From positions 44,143-108,142 of the forward strand of contig JADFDM010000011.1 of assembly GCA_018262795.1 (NCBI GenBank): a stretch of 64,000 bases of DNA, given 5' to 3'. Shown one piece after another: positions 57,938-64,000 of this stretch. The stretch is from Sphingobacteriales bacterium. GTDB taxonomy: Bacteria > Bacteroidota > Bacteroidia > Chitinophagales > LD1. The notes below the pieces were generated by a model. It worked only from the letters and a program-made list of their open reading frames with translations, did not search any database and was not told where the DNA came from. A program made the position numbers and the translations under genes. The first letter of the stretch is position 1, and every line of letters starts with the position of its first letter.

Positions 57938-60310
57938 TTATTTCCCGGCCACTACTTCCTGATATTTCCGGAAGTATTCATCAGCCAGTGCAGTATTTCC
58001 TTTGTTGCGATAGCTCACACTCATATTCATGTAGCCTGCCGGATACTTAGGGTTTAACTCGATTAGCTTTTGCGAAATGGCGATGGCCTCATCAAACTGA
58101 CCGCTGAGGCCGTAAGCCACGCCTAAATCTTCGTAATATAATTCGGCTTTGGGATTCATTTCAATCGCCTTTTTGAGGAACTCAATCGCCTGCCCCAAGT
58201 TATGCCCCACCTTGCCGTAGGCGGTTCCTATGAGATAGTAATCGGCTGCATCGGCCGGCTTTAGTTCATTGCCGCGTTGCAACCAGTAATTCACAGAGTC
58301 GGGCTGATTTATTTTTGCAAAAGCCTGTGCCATCAAATAGCGAATTTCCATCTGCTCGGGCTTCATGTCGTACGCCTTTCGCAAATTCTCAATGGCTTTG
58401 GCTCCATTGTTAGCATCGTTATAGACCACGCCCAGATTAAAGTAGGCATCGTAGTAGCCACCCACTCTGTAAGCTCCGGCTTTTTCGTACACCTCCACTA
58501 CTTCCTCTGCCTTGTGGTCGCGCTTATACAGGGCATTGCCCAGCAATAGCCATGCATTGCTATGAGTGGGGTAAATGCGCAGCGCTTCGTGGAGATGATA
58601 GATGGAGGAGTCTAAAAGCAGGCGAGAGATGGAGCTATCGGGCAACATATTAATCGCATTGAGTTCGGCTTCGGTTTTTGTGCCACAGCTCAGATCGTTG
58701 AAGATAGTCTTAATCATTCCGCTGTCGCGCAAGGCAGTAATATTTGATCCGGCTGCTTTGGTGAGGTCGCCCCCTACCGAGGTTTGTATTTTGGCCGAGT
58801 TAAAACTCACAGAAACATCTCTGCGGAATAGTGTAAAACTATCCTTCCAGTCGAAATTGCGGGAGAAGGTTTTAGCGGAATAAAGTCCGAGGATGACTAA
58901 CAAAGTAGCTCCCAGAAATTTTGGAGATTTAATGTATTTCACTAACAGGTAAGCCAGCACAATGCAAAAGCCCAGAGAACTCATGTAAATAAATCGCTCG
59001 TTCATCAACACCCCAACAGTAAACAGCAAATTGGTGACGACCGAAAAGGTGATGAAATAAAACAAGATACCATAGGCCAAAGGGTTTTTCTTTTGGATGG
59101 TGAACAAGGTATAAAACCCAAGCGCTGCGTTGATGACAAAGGAGAGAATAAACTTGCCATCGTTCAGATCCACATAGGGGATTTGATTAAAGTAGTAATC
59201 GTGAGTGAGCGGATGAGGAAATACTAATAGCTTAAAATAGTAGAGGAAAGTGAGCACTGCGGTGGCAAAATGTTGGGTGCCGGTAGCCAACAGAAAAGGG
59301 TTGTTCAAAATTTCGGGAGAATCTTGCGTAATGCCCGCCTGCGTAAATTGAGCGCGGAGTATTAAAAAGATGGCCACCGGCACCGCATAAGCGCCAAGTG
59401 TGATCGCATAGTCCTTTATTTTTGCTTTGGTAAAAAAGTAAAAGGTTAAAGGGATAATAGCGAAGAAGGTGATCGCATTTTCTTTTGAAAGCAGTGCGAT
59501 AAAAAAGATGACCGCACCCCAAACTACATGCCTCATTTTGCCGGTTTTGGCATAGCGCACCGCAGCTAAAAGTGCCAGCAGAGAGAAGAGCATACACATC
59601 ACTTCATCGCGACCTTTGATGTTGGCCACCGCTTCGGTATGAATGGGATGAGCCGCATACAGCAGCGTAATAATAAAGGGGAGAGAAAAGTAAAAGGGGG
59701 TTCCTTTTTTAGGGGGGAATAGTTGCTGCAACAAATAATACAGCACCAACCCCGTAAAACCAAAAAGCAGGATATTTATTAAGTGGCTGAGGAAGGGATT
59801 GAGATACGGATCGTTATCCGTCATAATAATATTCTTGTCGGTGATTACTTCGCGTTTGTCGCCTCTGATATGGCGCATCATTTCATATTCCACCGAGAGG
59901 GTGACCATACTCAAGGGGCGGTAACGCCCTCCGCTCACTAATTTTGCACCTCGCTCGCCAAAGAAGCCTTCAAACATGTCGTGCGTAAAGTGGTCTTTGA
60001 TACCTCCAAAGCCTTTCTTGGTGAATTTATTATCGGTGACCACAATGGTATCGTCAATCGCATAGCGGTTTTGCAGGGTATTGCTATACAACAATAGCGA
60101 GAAAATAAAGATGATGAGATAGGGCGTGAAAGAGGGAAACTGAATGGCGGCAGAAGAAACGGGCGGTAGAGGAGTGCTTACGGTTGTCTGCTTGATACCG
60201 GTATTGACTGTTTTCTTCTGTTTGGCCACTGTAAAAATTTTGTGTGCAAAGTAAGCAAGTGTTATTTGGCAAACAACCTTCGCCTTGAACCTGCCAACGC
60301 TTGGGGGCAA
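57938..60310 (-). CDS. polytopic membrane protein with C-terminal TPR repeats (PMT/TMTC-like glycosyltransferase family 39-type architecture)
   Basis: Up to 790 aa. About 10 TM helices follow RYAIDDTIVVTDN. The C-terminal ~250 aa carry TPR repeats (AWLLLGNALYK, YFNLGVVYND, YYLIGTAYGK, YEDLGVAYGL). The start is uncertain, either TTG at 60310 or GTG at 60229. Confidence 0.7.
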   Translation of the reverse strand: MPPSVGRFKAKVVCQITLAYFAHKIFTVAKQKKTVNTGIKQTTVSTPLPPVSSAAIQFPSFTPYLIIFIFSLLLYSNTLQNRYAIDDTIVVTDNKFTKKGFGGIKDHFTHDMFEGFFGERGAKLVSGGRYRPLSMVTLSVEYEMMRHIRGDKREVITDKNIIMTDNDPYLNPFLSHLINILLFGFTGLVLYYLLQQLFPPKKGTPFYFSLPFIITLLYAAHPIHTEAVANIKGRDEVMCMLFSLLALLAAVRYAKTGKMRHVVWGAVIFFIALLSKENAITFFAIIPLTFYFFTKAKIKDYAITLGAYAVPVAIFLILRAQFTQAGITQDSPEILNNPFLLATGTQHFATAVLTFLYYFKLLVFPHPLTHDYYFNQIPYVDLNDGKFILSFVINAALGFYTLFTIQKKNPLAYGILFYFITFSVVTNLLFTVGVLMNERFIYMSSLGFCIVLAYLLVKYIKSPKFLGATLLVILGLYSAKTFSRNFDWKDSFTLFRRDVSVSFNSAKIQTSVGGDLTKAAGSNITALRDSGMIKTIFNDLSCGTKTEAELNAINMLPDSSISRLLLDSSIYHLHEALRIYPTHSNAWLLLGNALYKRDHKAEEVVEVYEKAGAYRVGGYYDAYFNLGVVYNDANNGAKAIENLRKAYDMKPEQMEIRYLMAQAFAKINQPDSVNYWLQRGNELKPADAADYYLIGTAYGKVGHNLGQAIEFLKKAIEMNPKAELYYEDLGVAYGLSGQFDEAIAISQKLIELNPKYPAGYMNMSVSYRNKGNTALADEYFRKYQEVVAGK

Positions 60311-60599
60311 AACAGGTATAAGTTTTCGAAGCGTGGCCTCCTTGCGAGAGGCTTTTAGTCATTTTCGGTTGACCCTCATCTTGGTAGATTTGTCCATAAC
60401 CAATAGGCCTATGATAATCGTTTGGAGGAGGGTGAAATTCTGATTGAAATCGCCTTTCGTAATTTTCTGAAAATCCAAAAGGAGGCACTAACTGAATGTC
60501 CTCATCTATATTCACTGTACTATTCACAATGTATAAGCGTGAGTGATAAGCGAAAAGTGGGTTTGTTCATTGTATCTATCCTTTGACACCCACTGTACT

Positions 60600-61280
60600 T
60601 TATTTGCGAGCCATTATCCTTTCCTCTTGTTCTCGTTGTTTTAACGGAACAAAATTTTCCACAAAGGCTACCTGGGCATTTACCATTGGGAGCGGCCGGT
60701 TATAGGGTATCATAGAATCCAACTCAAACGATAGTACTGGCATTCGTCTGTTTTTCTGTTTCAGATAATGGTTCACATAAATTGCCTGCATAGGATCTGT
60801 GGCGATGGCTACATTTTTAAAATCGAGACTATCTGCCAGTTGCAAACCGTAATCAATATTCTCCGTACTATGTTGGGCACGGGTTTCAAAAAATGTATAA
60901 TCAGGTGGCACGCCCAGCGAATCTGCAATTATTTTCATGGTCAATCCCTCTACAAAAGGTGTGTAAACGGCAGCACCTGAAAAAATAATATTACGGGCAA
61001 TTCCTTTTTCGTACAAGCTAATGGCCCAGTAGATGCGCGCTCTGAAAATGCGGTTTGCCATCACACTGTCAAACGCATTGCCCGGCACAATGATGGCATC
61101 AAAGGGACCGGAAGAAATGGCTCGTTTATAAGTGTTATCTGTAATCAGGTCAATTACTCCGCAAGAGTTCATCATCACAGCAGAGAGGAGTACCAGCGCA
61201 CTCATACGAGTGCGAGAACAAGCAGTGGCAGCAGGGAAAACACAACATGAACTGCCTGCTTTGATTCGGACAGATTTCAT
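60600..61280 (-). CDS. YdcF/DUF218 family protein
   Basis: 226 aa with FDAIIVPGNAF... and IIFSGAAVYTP... DUF218 motifs. An alternative ATG at 61205 gives the lipoprotein-like MSALVLLSAVMMNSC. Confidence 0.7.
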   Translation of the reverse strand: MKSVRIKAGSSCCVFPAATACSRTRMSALVLLSAVMMNSCGVIDLITDNTYKRAISSGPFDAIIVPGNAFDSVMANRIFRARIYWAISLYEKGIARNIIFSGAAVYTPFVEGLTMKIIADSLGVPPDYTFFETRAQHSTENIDYGLQLADSLDFKNVAIATDPMQAIYVNHYLKQKNRRMPVLSFELDSMIPYNRPLPMVNAQVAFVENFVPLKQREQEERIMARK

Positions 61281-61404
61281 AACAGTAGGTTGGGTGATGT
61301 AAACTGCCTTTCATGTTTGGTTTTTTTCGTGCGGTATGTTTAATTAACGGAGAGGCTTCTGATTTCGTATGTATTTTCTTAGTATTACACAGCCGGGAAG
61401 AGGT

Positions 61405-62568
61405 ATGAAGATTGTAGAGGTAAGCGATAAAGATTCAGAAAAGGAGTTCATTGAACTTCCCTTTCGCATTTACCGCGATGACGCCAACTGGATTGCTCCG
61501 TTAAGACAGGACATCCAAAAAGTATTCAACTCCAAAAAAAATCCGTTCTACCACCACGGAGAATGCAGCCGTTGGATTCTATTGGATGACAGCGAAAACA
61601 CGATCGGTAGAATAGCCGCCTTTATCAATCACGAAACAGCATTTACTGAAGATCAGCCTACAGGAGGCTGCGGTTTTTTTGAGTGTATCAAAAACCGCGA
61701 GGCGGCCTTTTTACTTTTTGATACTGCGAAAAAATGGCTGCTGGATAGAAAGATGGAAGCAATGGATGGGCCGGTAAACTTTGGAGAGCGCAATGCCTGG
61801 TGGGGATTATTGGTAGAGGGTTTCACCCCTCCTACTTATCAAATGAACTACAACCCACCTTATTATATAGACTTTTTCGAGGGGTATGGTTTCCGAGATT
61901 ACTTTCAGCAATACTCTTATTCTATACAGGTGAATGCCGCGAGACCGGAACGCTATAAACGAATTGTAGAGAGGCTACTCCATGCGAAGGAATACACGTT
62001 CCGCCATGTGGAAGCCGGAAAACTAAAACACTATGCCAGCGACTTTCGCAATATCTACAACCGCACATGGAAGTTTCTCCCCAACTTCAAAGAGATGAGC
62101 GAAGAGCAAGCATTGAGTATGATGAACAGTATGCGCCCGGTGATGATCAACTACTTGTGCTGGTTTGGCTATTATAAAGAGGATCCCGTAGCTATGTTTA
62201 TCATGCTGCCCGAATTGAACGGTTGGTTTAAACATCTAAACGGGAACTTCAACTTTTGGGGGATACTGAAATTCCTTTGGCTGAAAACCTTTGACCGAAG
62301 CAATCGAAAAGTATTCGGAATTATTTTCGGGGTAGTACCCGAACATCAGAAGAAAGGAGTAGAGGCGGCAATTGTAATAGCAGCCGATAAGGTGGTGCGG
62401 CACAAAAACCGATGGGACGAAATTGAATTAGTGTGGGTGGGAGATTTTAATGCGCGCATGGTGCATACCTGCGAAATTTTAGGCGGGAAAATTGTAAAGA
62501 AACATATCACTTACCGAAAACTTTTTGATGCGCGCAAAGAGTTTAAGCGGCATCCCGTGATTGAGTAA
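61405..62568 (+). CDS. hypothetical protein (possibly GNAT-like acyltransferase fold)
   Basis: The ATG at 61405 gives MKIVEVSDKDSEKEFIELPFRIYRDDANWIAPL..., 387 aa. The family assignment is tentative. Confidence 0.5.
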   Translation: MKIVEVSDKDSEKEFIELPFRIYRDDANWIAPLRQDIQKVFNSKKNPFYHHGECSRWILLDDSENTIGRIAAFINHETAFTEDQPTGGCGFFECIKNREAAFLLFDTAKKWLLDRKMEAMDGPVNFGERNAWWGLLVEGFTPPTYQMNYNPPYYIDFFEGYGFRDYFQQYSYSIQVNAARPERYKRIVERLLHAKEYTFRHVEAGKLKHYASDFRNIYNRTWKFLPNFKEMSEEQALSMMNSMRPVMINYLCWFGYYKEDPVAMFIMLPELNGWFKHLNGNFNFWGILKFLWLKTFDRSNRKVFGIIFGVVPEHQKKGVEAAIVIAADKVVRHKNRWDEIELVWVGDFNARMVHTCEILGGKIVKKHITYRKLFDARKEFKRHPVIE

Positions 62569-62569
62569 A

Positions 62570-64000
62570 CTATTCTTTCTCCGCTGTTTTCCATTTGCCT
62601 TTCTTCATCTCGTTCCAATCATTTTCAAAAAGGTGGTTTATATCCTCCGTTGTTAATGGAGTCACTGCTTTAAACTTTGCCGGGTTTTCGGCAGGCTTCA
62701 AATAATTCCAGTTTTGCCGGATATAATTTTGGGCTTCACTTCGGTTCAACAGAAAATCGGAAACAGGAAAGGGATGAATCATCATCCTGAACCAAGTGGC
62801 ATACACAAAACTTATCAGTTCATCGGCCTTTACGTTCCTCTCGTTTTTCTCGGCTGATTTAAAATCGTACAACAATTTCAAGTAATGGAGATAAGCCTTG
62901 TAGTCGTTGATGTTTAAATTTCGCAGGCTATCGGTTCTTGCGGGCGATTTCGCCTTCTCTATTATTTCAAAAGCATTCAGCAATGCCTCTCTTCGATTCA
63001 TCTTTCCGCCCCTGAGCACCTCCTCACTTTGTTGTAAAGCAGGAGCGGCAGCCCCATAATTATCGTAATAATATTTGGCTATTAGTTCCTCAATGTTTTC
63101 ATTCATGTCCCACGAAAGCCGGCTGAAAATATACAACCCTAAACCGGTAGCAGCCGTGCTGTAAGAACTCTCTAAGGTGACTCCTTTAATTCCCTGGCGA
63201 TACCAATACTTAATTCTGTCCGCATATTGCTCCGGCCGCTCCCCGTTTTGCAAAGGCATGTCTAAGTTATTTATGGGTAAGCCGTAATAGTCGTAAATGA
63301 AAAGATGCTCGGTTTTCAGCTTCCACGCCTTCATCATTTCTGTGGGGGAGGAATAGTGCTGATAGCCATAAGGGATAATCTGTACCAACACATTTTTCTC
63401 TATTGCAAAATCGGGAGGAGCCGCATGCGTGTTATAGGCATATATATTGACAAAGGCAGTGGATGAAATTTTCTGAAAAGCCTGGGCTGTTAAATTTGCC
63501 AAGTAAAAAACCTGATTGCTAATGCTGCCTAACTTCCGGCATTTTTCGCAGGTGCAAAATCCATCACCGTCTGACGGTTCTACCGATACAAAATACTGCT
63601 GAGCATTCGGACTTTGCTTCATTTGCTTTTGCAACTGCGTCACCCTATCATTTACATAAAGCCTTTGGAAACCGGTATCGCTTACGCAAAACTTAGAAGC
63701 GGTATTTACAGGTGAGCGCTCCCCCTTTACCAAAGCCATATACTCCGGATGTGCTCTTAACTCAACTTTATTCCTCCACAAAAATTCATTCCACGAATGT
63801 CCTTTGAGATGATACGCCCCTCCAAAACGGTTTCTGCGATACCAAGTGTTCCAGTTTCGATCAACGAGTTTTTGTTTATCTACAAATGTATTGCGCGGAG
63901 TGCCGAAGGTGCCAAAGAAGGTGCGAAGAGCAAATGCAGGGGTGTATATGCTATCTACCTTTAAGCCTATATTTTTTAGCGATGGAATGTACGCATGTTC
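62570..64000 (-). CDS. DUF4838-like (glycoside-hydrolase-like) protein, partial (N-terminus beyond the right edge)
   Basis: The track starts it at a TTG at 63781. My hand translation shows the frame stays open to 64000 (EHAYIPSLKNIGLKVDSIYTPAFALRTFFGTFGTPRN...GHSWNEFLWRNK...). A CTCEKC motif is present. The family assignment is tentative. Confidence 0.6.
   Translation of the reverse strand, partial: EHAYIPSLKNIGLKVDSIYTPAFALRTFFGTFGTPRNTFVDKQKLVDRNWNTWYRRNRFGGAYHLKGHSWNEFLWRNKVELRAHPEYMALVKGERSPVNTASKFCVSDTGFQRLYVNDRVTQLQKQMKQSPNAQQYFVSVEPSDGDGFCTCEKCRKLGSISNQVFYLANLTAQAFQKISSTAFVNIYAYNTHAAPPDFAIEKNVLVQIIPYGYQHYSSPTEMMKAWKLKTEHLFIYDYYGLPINNLDMPLQNGERPEQYADRIKYWYRQGIKGVTLESSYSTAATGLGLYIFSRLSWDMNENIEELIAKYYYDNYGAAAPALQQSEEVLRGGKMNRREALLNAFEIIEKAKSPARTDSLRNLNINDYKAYLHYLKLLYDFKSAEKNERNVKADELISFVYATWFRMMIHPFPVSDFLLNRSEAQNYIRQNWNYLKPAENPAKFKAVTPLTTEDINHLFENDWNEMKKGKWKTAEKE

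Noticed and set aside
60084-60527. A 147-aa minus-strand ORF overlapping the start of the TPR membrane protein gene
   Set aside because: It overlaps the better-supported 790-aa frame, has no recognisable features, and probably just spans the upstream intergenic region.

Overview
This is a 64-kb chromosomal window from a Bacteroidota-type genome. The evidence is several T9SS C-terminal sorting domains, a GldA-like ABC ATPase, TonB-dependent receptors and TTTG/TAnnTTTG-style promoter boxes. Hand counts give roughly 45-50% GC. Most of the window is core or envelope genes: prmA, tpiA, bcp, cdsA, glyQS, tRNA-Arg, fabG-like, a YebC-family gene, an EmrAB-TolC/MarR efflux unit, and a truncated-hemoglobin/RIC nitrosative-stress pair.

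The stand-out is a complete minimal type II-C CRISPR-Cas9 locus at 48.1-57.7 kb. It has 43 identical 47-nt repeats and 42 spacers, followed on the minus strand by cas2, cas1 and a 1370-aa cas9. A divergently transcribed tracrRNA candidate has a promoter that overlaps the cas9 start codon. Details worth a second look in this locus are:
- two spacers that differ only at two seed positions;
- eroded repeat relics beyond the array terminator;
- cas9 being about 13-15 GC points lower than the adjacent cas1.

A second accessory region at 32.5-42.3 kb is a metal island. It contains a CusA/CzcA RND pump fused in frame to a TolC-like outer-membrane factor through an internal signal-peptide-like segment, a periplasmic adaptor, an OprC-like TonB receptor carrying a CxxxM...HxM site, a lipoprotein with tandem Met/His motifs, and two small membrane proteins of unknown function. 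The efflux part is bracketed by an orphan, diverged copy of the 3' end of the upstream GH92 gene.

Smaller items are a T9SS BNR-repeat gene broken by two homopolymer frameshifts, a MarR operator, and a four-gene surface module with paired CX4CH motifs. Both window edges cut open reading frames that the ORF track does not report in full. All calls come from reading the sequence, with no database searches.
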